Source of the DNA: an uncultured Lachnospiraceae bacterium
Lineage (GTDB): Bacteria > Bacillota > Clostridia > Lachnospirales > Lachnospiraceae
DNA length: 64,000 nucleotides
Direction of reading: 5' to 3'
Assembly (NCBI GenBank): GCA_947625015.1
Contig: CANQMR010000001.1
Span: 99,624 to 163,623, forward strand
The notes under the pieces are model-generated. The model was not told the origin of the DNA and did not search any database. It was given only the letters and a program-made list of their open reading frames with translations. Position numbers and translations under genes: made by a program. Of this stretch, positions 8,028 to 16,898 are shown in pieces (the stretch's first letter is position 1; every line of letters begins with the position of its first letter).

Positions 8028-8657
8028 ATGGATATAATTATTTGTTGTTTTTACATTATGACAAGTTTATATCTTGAAAATGTAATTATCAAAATGAGAA
8101 AATATAGAAACTTATTGACAAGAGATAAAATAAACAAAGAAGATATAATTCAAATAGTTTATAAAACGGGGTCAGTAAGAAAGGATGTTAAATTTCAAAA
8201 AGGGAAATTTTATGCATATAATGCATTAAATAAAGAAATTAGATATGAAGAAAAGGAAATATATTCGAATTATGATCTTTTTTGTCTGAATCATGAAATA
8301 GGACATTTACAAGACGATAATTCAAATCGAATTTTCTTTTTTTCAATAATGAAAGGAATAGAACGAATGGTATTTTTACCATTATATATCTTGAGTATTG
8401 CATTGACATTTCTGTATAGTTCAATATTTCAAGTTATAGTTCTAATTATTGGTATTGTTTTGTTAATATTTGCATTTTTTCAATTATATTTTATATGTAA
8501 ATATGAAAAATCGGCAAGTGTTTATGCTTTGTCTGTAATAAATAAAATAGATATTGATATATATGAAAAATTTTCGGATGTATGCTTAAAACAACAATTT
8601 TTAATGGAATTATTAGAAGTTCAAATAGTATTGTTTTGGCTGATTATTGTCGGCTAA
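8028..8657 (+). CDS. putative membrane zinc metallopeptidase (HExxH = HEIGH), YugP-like topology
   Basis: 209-aa ORF in about 20% G+C DNA. LNHEIGHLQDD, followed by hydrophobic helices and CKYEKSASVYA, which resembles the E-x-x-AS third-ligand region recalled for YugP/PF04298. Start is uncertain (8028, 8058 or 8094). Confidence 0.55.
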   Translation: MDIIICCFYIMTSLYLENVIIKMRKYRNLLTRDKINKEDIIQIVYKTGSVRKDVKFQKGKFYAYNALNKEIRYEEKEIYSNYDLFCLNHEIGHLQDDNSNRIFFFSIMKGIERMVFLPLYILSIALTFLYSSIFQVIVLIIGIVLLIFAFFQLYFICKYEKSASVYALSVINKIDIDIYEKFSDVCLKQQFLMELLEVQIVLFWLIIVG

Positions 8658-8733
8658 AGTGATAAGTTAGCATCTCTGTGCCTCCATTTATATGGAAGCA
8701 CAGTATGGCGCTGTAAATCGTGAAAGGAAGAGC

Positions 8734-9201
8734 ATGATAGAAGAAATCAATTATAAGTATCAATTGTTTAACGCACGAATTTTGTTTTTTGTGCTTATAA
8801 ATTGTTTGTGGCTTGTCATAAATAATTTCCTTTTTGTAGGAGAATGGACATTACTTTCATATTTGTTTTTTGGAATTGGATTACTAACTATAGATTATAT
8901 TATATTCCCCTGTCTTATCTATATATTTAAGAGAGATGGAAAAATAATTTTAACTGAAAATGAAATAATCTTTAGAAATTTAAAAACTGAAAAAAAGATA
9001 AAACTTCAAAATATTAATTATATAACATATAACACTATGTCTACAATGAATGTTAAATTTGGGGTGTTAACTATTGGATTAAAAGAAAGAAAAGATATAA
9101 AAATATTTTTTGAAGATATAAATAATGATAATGAAGAATTTTATATTAGTATATATAAAAGAATAAAGAATAATAAAATAGTAGATAAGAAGAGTAGGTG
9201 A
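8734..9201 (+). CDS. hypothetical membrane protein (2 TM plus a beta-rich C-terminal domain, bacterial PH-like layout)
   Basis: ATG 8734 is preceded by AAAGGAAG. Two hydrophobic helices are followed by about 90 aa of K/N/I-rich alternating pattern. The function call is weak. Confidence 0.5.
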   Translation: MIEEINYKYQLFNARILFFVLINCLWLVINNFLFVGEWTLLSYLFFGIGLLTIDYIIFPCLIYIFKRDGKIILTENEIIFRNLKTEKKIKLQNINYITYNTMSTMNVKFGVLTIGLKERKDIKIFFEDINNDNEEFYISIYKRIKNNKIVDKKSR

Positions 9202-9205
9202 GGTA

Positions 9206-9463
9206 GTGAATGATTTGTATTTAACAATAGTAATTATTGTTGCTGGGATAATTGAATTAAGTACTTTTGTAAAAGAAAAAAAGATAGAATATAAAATTTT
9301 CTCATTCATTATTAGCAGTAGTTATTTTGGAGAAGTTATATTCTATAATATCGTAAAAAATTCTTTGATTTCTACATTAGGTTGTGGGTTTTTTGGAAGT
9401 ATACTAATTATATGTATCATAGTTCGCTTCTTAGTTAAGAAAAAGGATAAAAAGGAATTATAA
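9206..9463 (+). CDS. hypothetical small membrane protein (85 aa, about 3 TM)
   Basis: GTG start lies 4 nt after the upstream TGA, with AGGTGAGG just upstream. A long stop-free frame is unusual in such AT-rich DNA. Confidence 0.5.
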   Translation: MNDLYLTIVIIVAGIIELSTFVKEKKIEYKIFSFIISSSYFGEVIFYNIVKNSLISTLGCGFFGSILIICIIVRFLVKKKDKKEL

Positions 9464-9562
9464 TTTTATAAAAAGAGACTTGCAATAAATCCATTTTATA
9501 CTACTTTTTTTTCTGTAAGTATGTTAAAATAAGGATATTTATAAGGAAAAGGAGTGTGGGTT

Positions 9563-10687
9563 ATGGATAACAGGAATTTGGGATTCGGCTTAATGCGTCT
9601 TCCCTCATTGGACCCCAATGATGCGGGAAAGATTGATTTAAACCTTACCGAAGCTATGGTAGACGCCTATTTAGAACGAGGATTTCACTATTTCGATACG
9701 GCGTGGATGTATTGTAATTTCCAGAGTGAAAATGCAGTCAAAGAAGTGCTGGTTAAACGGCACCCCAGGGACAGCTTTACGCTGACTACCAAACTGCATG
9801 CAGGCTTTTTGGAAAAGAAAGAGGACCGGGATAAGATTTTTAATGCCCAGTTGGAAAAGACCGGGGCCGGATACTTTGATTACTACTGGCTTCACGACAT
9901 TAACGCCCACTCCATTGAAGTCTTTGAAAAACTGGACTGTTTTCAATGGCTTAAGGATAAGAAAAAAGAGGGGCTGATACGCCATATCGGATTTTCCTTT
10001 CATGATAACGCCGAGCTGTTAGACGAGGTGCTTAACAGGCGTCCGGAAATGGAATATGTGCAGCTTCAGATTAATTATCTGGACTGGGAGAGCAATGCCA
10101 TTCAGTCCCACAAATGCTATGATGTGGCGGTAAAACATAATATGCCGATTATTGTTATGGAGCCGGTAAAGGGAGGCACTTTAGCAGCGGTGCCGGAGCA
10201 GGTGGAGAAGCTCTTTAAAGACTATAATCCGGAAGCCTCTGTGTCTAGCTGGGCTATCCGCTATGCGGCAAGCCTTCCGAATATCTTTATGGTGCTTTCC
10301 GGCATGAGCAATTTAGAGCAGGTGTTGGATAATACTTCTTACATGGCGGACTTTAAGCCGCTGACCGGGGAGGAACATGAGATAATTAAAAAAGCTGTGG
10401 ATATGATTAACGGGACGATTGCTATACCCTGTACCGGCTGTGAATACTGTATGGCTGGCTGTCCCAGGAAAATCCCCATTCCGAAATGCTTCTCTTTATA
10501 TAATGCAGACAAACAGGAGGTGGAATCCAAGGGCTGGACTCCTCAGGGGGAATACTATGACAACATGATTAAAAGTACGGGAAAGGCCAGTGACTGCATA
10601 GAATGCCGCCAGTGTGAAAATGTATGTCCCCAGCATTTACCGATTGTTAATCATTTAAAAGAGGTTGCCGGATATTTCGGCAAATAG
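9563..10687 (+). CDS. aldo/keto reductase with C-terminal 2x[4Fe-4S] ferredoxin-type domain
   Basis: AKR N-terminal pattern GFGLMRLP...FDTAWMY. C-terminal CTGCEYCMAGCP and CIECRQCENVCP cysteine clusters. ATG 9563 lies 9 nt after AAAGGAG. Confidence 0.88.
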   Translation: MDNRNLGFGLMRLPSLDPNDAGKIDLNLTEAMVDAYLERGFHYFDTAWMYCNFQSENAVKEVLVKRHPRDSFTLTTKLHAGFLEKKEDRDKIFNAQLEKTGAGYFDYYWLHDINAHSIEVFEKLDCFQWLKDKKKEGLIRHIGFSFHDNAELLDEVLNRRPEMEYVQLQINYLDWESNAIQSHKCYDVAVKHNMPIIVMEPVKGGTLAAVPEQVEKLFKDYNPEASVSSWAIRYAASLPNIFMVLSGMSNLEQVLDNTSYMADFKPLTGEEHEIIKKAVDMINGTIAIPCTGCEYCMAGCPRKIPIPKCFSLYNADKQEVESKGWTPQGEYYDNMIKSTGKASDCIECRQCENVCPQHLPIVNHLKEVAGYFGK

Positions 10688-10741
10688 ATATGTAAGATGT
10701 AACAGGTATTACTTAACAGTATGAATTTGAAAGGAGATTAT

Positions 10742-11611
10742 ATGAAACCGAATGTATATTTTTCAAGCACGATTACGCCGGACAAGGTTGTAGAATTATA
10801 CCAGATGGCAGGAAAAGAACTGCCGGGAAAGGTGGCGATTAAGCTGCATTCCGGAGAGGTTGGCAACCAGAACTTTTTAAAGCCTGAATTTTGGAAACCG
10901 GTCGTTGAGCATGTGGGCGGTACCGTAGTGGAATGTAATACGGCCTATGACGGCGGACGCGATACCACAGAAAAGCATTGGAAGACCATAGAGCTTCATG
11001 GCTGGAATAAGTATTTCAAGGTGGATTTGTTAGACGCTTCAGGACCGGATTTGGAATTGGATATTCCAAATGGCAGGAAGATTAAGAAAAACTATGTGGG
11101 AAAGAATATAGCCGACTATGATTCCCTTCTTGTGCTTTCTCATTTTAAGGGACACCCCATGGGCGGCTATGGCGGGGCGTTAAAGCAGCTTTCGATTGGC
11201 ATTGCCTCCTCTTACGGCAAGAAATATATTCATGGCGTAGGGGATGTGGATAATTTCTGGGGTTCTGACCACGATTCGTTTCTGGAATCCATGGCGGATG
11301 CAGCTTCGTCTGTCGTTGATTATTTTAAGGAGAATATTCTTTATGTCAATGTGATGAAAAATATGTCTGTGGACTGTGACTGCTGCGCTGTGGCGGAGGA
11401 CCCATGCATGAAGGATATTGGCATACTGGTGTCTACAGATCCGGTTGCCATTGACCAGGCGTGTCTTGATTTGGTGTACAATGCAGTGGAGGATCCGGGA
11501 CAGGCGCATCTCTTAGAGCGGATTGAGAGCTTAAACGGCGTGCACACGATTGAGGCGGCGGCAGATTTAGGGTTAGGCCAGCGGGAGTATGAATTAATTG
11601 TGGTGGATTAG
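10742..11611 (+). CDS. DUF362 domain-containing protein
   Basis: MKPNVYFSS...VAIKLHSGE...LSHFKGHPMGGYGGALKQLSIG pattern recalled as DUF362. ATG 10742 lies 6 nt after AAAGGAG. Confidence 0.75.
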   Translation: MKPNVYFSSTITPDKVVELYQMAGKELPGKVAIKLHSGEVGNQNFLKPEFWKPVVEHVGGTVVECNTAYDGGRDTTEKHWKTIELHGWNKYFKVDLLDASGPDLELDIPNGRKIKKNYVGKNIADYDSLLVLSHFKGHPMGGYGGALKQLSIGIASSYGKKYIHGVGDVDNFWGSDHDSFLESMADAASSVVDYFKENILYVNVMKNMSVDCDCCAVAEDPCMKDIGILVSTDPVAIDQACLDLVYNAVEDPGQAHLLERIESLNGVHTIEAAADLGLGQREYELIVVD

Positions 11612-11628
11612 CATTTATATAGGCAGAA

Positions 11629-11667
11629 AGCCGGATTGAACGCTGTATCAATCCGGTTTTTTTATTT
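11629..11667 (+). terminator. rho-independent terminator
   Basis: CCGGATTGA-N8-TCAATCCGG followed by TTTTTTTATTTT. Confidence 0.8.
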
Positions 11668-11769
11668 TCATGAAAATGTCGTTTCCTTTTGGGATAAACT
11701 ATGCTATAATAACTAGTAATCGTGCAAAGGTTTCGGCAAGGGAACCTGGAGGAAAGGATATGCAGATAT

Positions 11770-11991
11770 ATGCCAGCTAGTGACAAGAAGAACAAAGGGA
11801 ATACGGAGCAGGCACGCAGACGGAAAAGAGTCAACCGGATGAAGTCGGTAATCGTATTTCTGGCAATTGTCCTGTTATTTGCCTCGGTTATATTGAATGT
11901 TATTCTGGCAGTCAAGGTGTGGAGCTTAGAGAGCCGGATTGATGATTTATATTCAGAGGTGCATATGGAGACAGTGCAAACCTTAACTTAA
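11770..11991 (+). CDS. small membrane protein (basic N-terminus, one TM helix)
   Basis: MPASDKKNKGNTEQARRRKR... followed by VIVFLAIVLLFASVILNVILAV. An extended -10 TGCTATAAT lies at 11702-11710. Start choice is uncertain. Confidence 0.5.
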   Translation: MPASDKKNKGNTEQARRRKRVNRMKSVIVFLAIVLLFASVILNVILAVKVWSLESRIDDLYSEVHMETVQTLT

Positions 11992-12010
11992 TTAAGATTT
12001 GGAGGATAAA

Positions 12011-13963
12011 ATGAGTTTTTTTAAGGATTTCAAAGCAGATTTTTCGCAGGCAATGAATGAACTCATGCCTGACAGCAACGAGATGTATGATGAGGACGAG
12101 GTATTAGAGGAACTGAATACCCCGAAGAAGGATAAGACTGCTGCCAAGGCAGAGAAACAGGCGGAACGTCAGGCAAAGCGCGCCGCTAAGGCTAAGAAGA
12201 ATGAGGAAAAAGAGGAAAAGGAGAACCGCAAGGTCAAGGCGACCAGACCGCCAAAGGAGCTTCCGATTAAGCAAAAGATTGAGGAAGCGCCATCCGGAGA
12301 GGATTTGGGAATTGCCCCGGAGGATATGTCCGATCAGATTGATGAATTGTTAGATGCGGAGTTATACAGTGACGAGAGAGACCCGGCGTCTTTATTGCAG
12401 GATGATACCGAAGTCAATACCATGGATATGTCTGTGGAAGAGATGTTAAGCCAGTTGGCAGAGAAACATGAGGAAGAAGCCAAAGGGGAACAGATGACCG
12501 TAGACGATCTGTTGAACCAGTTAGGAAAGCCTGCGCCTATGGAAGAAGAGGAAGAAGTGGAAGAAGAGCCGGAGGGGACACCGGAAGAAGACGCCCCGGA
12601 AGAAGAACAGACAGCTTCCACCGGGCAGGATATGGGATTAGAAGAGCTTTTGGCAAGTATCGGCGCAAAGCAGAGCCAGCCAGCTCCGGAGCCGGAAACG
12701 GTAATGGAAGAGGAGCTGACGGAAGAAGCGCAAGAGGCTTTAGCGGAAGAACCGGAGGATTCCGGCGAAGCGCCTTTCGCAGAAGAATCTGTGGATGAGG
12801 GAGAAGCTGAGTATGAAGAAACTGAGTATCAAGAAGCAGAATATATAGAGGAAACTGCCGGAGAGCAGGAGGAACCGGCAGAATCCATGGAGACGCTTCC
12901 GGAAGAACAGGAAGAAGTGACAGAGGAGGTTGCAGAGTATGCAGCAGAAGAAAAAGAGATTACTGAAGAACCACAGGAGACCGTTAAAGAACCGGAGGAG
13001 TATGTGGAGCAAAGTACGGCGGCAGAAGAAGTGGAAGAGATGGAAGAAGTATATGAAGATGAGTCCGCTGCAAAGAGCGCTCAACAAGAAGCTCCGGCGT
13101 TCATAGCAGAGGAAGACGAGGATGCCATTCTGACGCAGAAGCTTGCCCAGCTTGCCAATAGTATGCCGGTAAGACCAGCGCAGGCTGCCAGACCTTCGGA
13201 ACCGGTGGAGACTGTCACGGAACCGGAGATTTCAAAAGAACCGAAGATTCCGGAAGAACCGGAGATTTCAGAGAAGAAGGCGCAGGAAACTGTTACGGAA
13301 CCCGAGATTTCTAAGGAAGAACCGGAAGAAGAACAATCAGAACATACAAAAGCAGCGACAATAGAGGAAAAGAACGAGACGGCTAAGATGACGCAGCCGG
13401 AAATAAAAGAGAATTTGGAGGAGAATCAAATGAGCAAAGAAAATGATGTGATTTCAATCAGTTCTGTGGAAGAGGAAAAGCCAGCAAATGTGAATGACGA
13501 CCAGTTTGTAGGCGAGCCGGATGATGAGACCACCTATGTGACAAAAGCAACTAAGATTAATGGTGATTTAGAGACCGACGGCTCCATTGACATTATCGGA
13601 ACCATTACCGGTAATGTAAGCTGTAAAGGCAAGATTGTCATTGGCGGACAGGTAACCGGTAATGTGACTGCGGGAGAATTATACGCAAACAATGCAAGGA
13701 TTGAGGGAGATATCAAATCCTACGGAAGCGTGAAGGTTGGCGTAGGCTCTATGATTATCGGTAATATTGTCGGGGAGTCTGCGGTAGTTGCAGGAGCCGT
13801 CAACGGCGATATTGATGTGAAAGGGCCGGTTATTGTGGATTCTACGGCAGTCATCATGGGTAACATCAAATCCCGTTCTGTTCAGATTAACAACGGCGCG
13901 GTAATCGAAGGATTTTGTTCACAGAGTTATTCTGACATAGATGTAAAGAGTTATTTTGCATAA
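12011..13963 (+). CDS. bactofilin family protein with a ~520-aa polyacidic N-terminal extension
   Basis: The C-terminal ~130 aa show the bactofilin beta-helix pattern (INGDLETDGSIDIIGTITGNV...GQVTGNV...IEGDI...). GGAGG lies 5 nt before ATG 12011. Confidence 0.8.
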   Translation: MSFFKDFKADFSQAMNELMPDSNEMYDEDEVLEELNTPKKDKTAAKAEKQAERQAKRAAKAKKNEEKEEKENRKVKATRPPKELPIKQKIEEAPSGEDLGIAPEDMSDQIDELLDAELYSDERDPASLLQDDTEVNTMDMSVEEMLSQLAEKHEEEAKGEQMTVDDLLNQLGKPAPMEEEEEVEEEPEGTPEEDAPEEEQTASTGQDMGLEELLASIGAKQSQPAPEPETVMEEELTEEAQEALAEEPEDSGEAPFAEESVDEGEAEYEETEYQEAEYIEETAGEQEEPAESMETLPEEQEEVTEEVAEYAAEEKEITEEPQETVKEPEEYVEQSTAAEEVEEMEEVYEDESAAKSAQQEAPAFIAEEDEDAILTQKLAQLANSMPVRPAQAARPSEPVETVTEPEISKEPKIPEEPEISEKKAQETVTEPEISKEEPEEEQSEHTKAATIEEKNETAKMTQPEIKENLEENQMSKENDVISISSVEEEKPANVNDDQFVGEPDDETTYVTKATKINGDLETDGSIDIIGTITGNVSCKGKIVIGGQVTGNVTAGELYANNARIEGDIKSYGSVKVGVGSMIIGNIVGESAVVAGAVNGDIDVKGPVIVDSTAVIMGNIKSRSVQINNGAVIEGFCSQSYSDIDVKSYFA

Positions 13964-13991
13964 TATTTAAGCGCGGGCAGAGGACGGGAAT

Positions 13992-14693
13992 ATGGAGAAC
14001 AAGCGTATTTTATTAAAGCTAAGCGGAGAAGCGCTTGCCGGTGACAAGCGCCAGGGATTTGATGAAAAGACCGTCTTGGATGTGGCAGGACAGGTAAAAA
14101 AAGTTGTAGATTCCGGAAAACAGGTGGCAGTGGTGATTGGCGGCGGCAATTTCTGGCGGGGCAGGACCTCAGAACATATGGACCGGGTAAAGGCCGATCA
14201 GATTGGTATGCTGGCAACGGTAATGAACTGCATTTACACAGCGGATATGTTCCGCACAGCAGGCTTAAAAACAAGGATTATGTCGCCTTTCGTCTGCGGC
14301 AGCATGACGGAATTGTTTAACAAGGATACGGCAGTGCAGGCATTGAATTGCGGGGAAGTGGTTTTCTTTGCCGGAGGAACCGGACACCCGTATTTTTCCA
14401 CAGATATGTCAACAGTGTTGATGGCGATTGAAATTTCCGCTGATGTAATTTTGTCAGGGAAGGCCATTGACGGCGTCTATGACAGCGATCCGAAGACGAA
14501 TCCCAATGCGAAGAAGTATGATACCATGCAGATGAAAGAGATTGTGGATAAGCAGTTAGGTGTGATTGATTTAGCGTCGGCTGTACTGGCCATGGAGAAT
14601 CATATGCCGATGATGTTATTTGGATTGAATGAGCCGGACAGTATTGTAAAGGCATTGACGGGCAGCTTTAGCGGCACCTACATAGAGGCATAG
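13992..14693 (+). CDS. pyrH: UMP kinase
   Basis: KLSGEAL...VVIGGGNFWRG uridylate kinase signature; 233 aa. Confidence 0.95.
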   Translation: MENKRILLKLSGEALAGDKRQGFDEKTVLDVAGQVKKVVDSGKQVAVVIGGGNFWRGRTSEHMDRVKADQIGMLATVMNCIYTADMFRTAGLKTRIMSPFVCGSMTELFNKDTAVQALNCGEVVFFAGGTGHPYFSTDMSTVLMAIEISADVILSGKAIDGVYDSDPKTNPNAKKYDTMQMKEIVDKQLGVIDLASAVLAMENHMPMMLFGLNEPDSIVKALTGSFSGTYIEA

Positions 14694-14715
14694 AGGATAG
14701 AAGGAGGAACAAAGA

Positions 14716-15261
14716 ATGTTGAAGCAGTTTGAAGAAAAGATGGAGAAATCCTTAGAGAATTTGGAGAATGAGTTTACCAATATCCGGGCCGGACGGGCCA
14801 ACCCGAACATTTTAAATAAAGTAAAAGTGGATTATTATGGTTCCCCTACTCCTTTACAGCAGGTGGGAAATGTCAGTGTTCCGGAGGCGAGAACCATTAT
14901 TATCACGCCATGGGAAAACTCCATGTTAAAGGAGATTGAGAAAGCAATCCTGTGTTCAGATTTAGGGCTTACGCCCAATAACGACGGCAAATCCATTATC
15001 CTGAATTTTCCGGAGCTTACAGAGGAACGCCGTAAGGAGTTGGCAAAGGATATTAAGAAAAAGGGAGAGAATGCCAAGGTGGCTATCCGCAATATCCGCA
15101 GGGACGCCAACGATTACTTTAAAAAGCAGTTAAAGGCTAACGAGATTTCCGAGGATGAGGCAAAGGATTATGAGGATAAGGTGCAGAAGATGACCGACAA
15201 ATATGTGGATAAGGTAGAGTCTGCAACCGAGGGCAAGACGAAGGAAATTATGACAGTGTAA
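14716..15261 (+). CDS. frr: ribosome recycling factor
   Basis: 181 aa. IRAGRANPNIL, VDYYGSPTPL and the helical C-terminus are typical of Frr. Confidence 0.95.
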   Translation: MLKQFEEKMEKSLENLENEFTNIRAGRANPNILNKVKVDYYGSPTPLQQVGNVSVPEARTIIITPWENSMLKEIEKAILCSDLGLTPNNDGKSIILNFPELTEERRKELAKDIKKKGENAKVAIRNIRRDANDYFKKQLKANEISEDEAKDYEDKVQKMTDKYVDKVESATEGKTKEIMTV

Positions 15262-15295
15262 TAATAACAGGCGGCGATAGTACAGGGAGGCAGGT

Positions 15296-16030
15296 TTGGA
15301 GAAGATATTACAGGCAATCCGCGAGGAAAATTTAACGGTTCCTAAGCATGTGGCAATTATCCTAGACGGGAACGGCAGATGGGCAAAGAAGCGCAATATG
15401 CCAAGAAATTACGGACATGTACAGGGTTCTAAGACGGTAGAGCAGATTATTGAGGACGGCTATAACATGGGAATTGAATACATTACAGTGTATGCTTTTT
15501 CCACAGAGAACTGGAAACGCTCGAAAGATGAGGTAGACGCCCTGATGAAGCTGTTAGCCAAATATCTGGTGGACTGTATCGAGCGTTCTACGAAGAATAA
15601 CATGCAGGTGCGTGTGATTGGGGATAAGAGCGGCTTAGACCATAAACTGGTGGCAAAGATTAATGAGCTTGAAGAGACTACCCGCAATGCCACAGGACTT
15701 AAATTTACCATTGGCATTAACTATGGAGGAAGGGACGAGATACGAAGAGCAGTGACAAAGTTAGCCGGTGAGGTGGCAGAGGGAACGCTTTCTCCTTCGG
15801 ATATTACGGAGGATTTAATCAGCAGCCGCCTTGACACAGCGGGATTGCCGGACCCGGATCTGTTAATCCGTACCAGCGGGGAGGAACGGTTATCCAATTT
15901 TCTGCCATGGCAGCTGGCCTATACGGAATTTTATTTTACGGATGTCTTATGGCCGGATTTTAAGAAAGAAGACCTGCTTCAGGCAATTCGATATTATAAT
16001 GGAAGGGACCGTCGGTTCGGCGGGGTATAA
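15296..16030 (+). CDS. uppS: isoprenyl transferase (undecaprenyl diphosphate synthase)
   Basis: ILDGNGRWA, FSTENWKR and RTSGEERLSNF motifs. TTG start after GGGAGG. Confidence 0.9.
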   Translation: MEKILQAIREENLTVPKHVAIILDGNGRWAKKRNMPRNYGHVQGSKTVEQIIEDGYNMGIEYITVYAFSTENWKRSKDEVDALMKLLAKYLVDCIERSTKNNMQVRVIGDKSGLDHKLVAKINELEETTRNATGLKFTIGINYGGRDEIRRAVTKLAGEVAEGTLSPSDITEDLISSRLDTAGLPDPDLLIRTSGEERLSNFLPWQLAYTEFYFTDVLWPDFKKEDLLQAIRYYNGRDRRFGGV

Positions 16031-16036
16031 GGGCAT

Positions 16037-16837
16037 ATGAAGGAGCGCTTAATCGGTGGCTTCATCGTTGGTGTTGTCACTTTAGTTGTCTTATTCTGCG
16101 GCGGATTAACTGCGGCGGTTATTTTAGCGGCAGTTTCCATAGCGGCCATTTATGAATTTATGAAATTATATAAAATGGAGCAATCGGCTTTTTCAGCGCT
16201 GAATTATATTGCCACAGCTGGGGTTTATCTCCTGCTTTATTTTGGGCAGAGTCAATATTTGTTTCCCTTTATTGTGCTTTATATTCTGTTGGCTCTTTCC
16301 ATATATGTAATCCGTTTTCCCATGTACAAGGATTATCATGTAGAGAAAAGCATATTTGTATTTTTGTATGCGGCTGTATTGCTGTCCTATGTATTTCGGG
16401 TGCGGAGCATGGAATCCGGAGCTTTTTATTTTGTGTTTATCCTGATTTCAAGCTGGGGAAATGATATCTGCGCCTACTTTGTGGGAAGCGCCATTGGGAA
16501 ACATAAATTTTCCCCGAAGGTCAGCCCGAATAAAAGCGTGGAGGGATTTATCGGCGGCATAGGCGGAGCCTTTATACTGGGGTATCTGTACGCCATTGTA
16601 TTCCGGCAGTTCATTGAGTTTTCACTTTCCCCGCTATACAGCGGCATTATTGCGGCGTTAGGATGTATTCCGGCAGTGATTGGAGATCTGGCGGCATCTG
16701 CAATTAAACGGGATAATGAGATTAAGGATTACAGCGATCTGATTCCGGGGCATGGTGGCATGGTGGACCGTATTGACAGCCTGCTTTTTACTGCGCCGAT
16801 TATTTATTATCTGATTATTCTGTTCAGCATACTATAA
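16037..16837 (+). CDS. cdsA: phosphatidate cytidylyltransferase
   Basis: Polytopic membrane protein with the C-terminal SAIKRD...KDYS.LIPGHGGMVDRIDS signature. Confidence 0.9.
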   Translation: MKERLIGGFIVGVVTLVVLFCGGLTAAVILAAVSIAAIYEFMKLYKMEQSAFSALNYIATAGVYLLLYFGQSQYLFPFIVLYILLALSIYVIRFPMYKDYHVEKSIFVFLYAAVLLSYVFRVRSMESGAFYFVFILISSWGNDICAYFVGSAIGKHKFSPKVSPNKSVEGFIGGIGGAFILGYLYAIVFRQFIEFSLSPLYSGIIAALGCIPAVIGDLAASAIKRDNEIKDYSDLIPGHGGMVDRIDSLLFTAPIIYYLIILFSIL

Positions 16838-16898
16838 GAGGGAGAATGACCATAGGAATATGCCGGCATGCGCTGGCATAAATTTTTAGGAGGATGTC

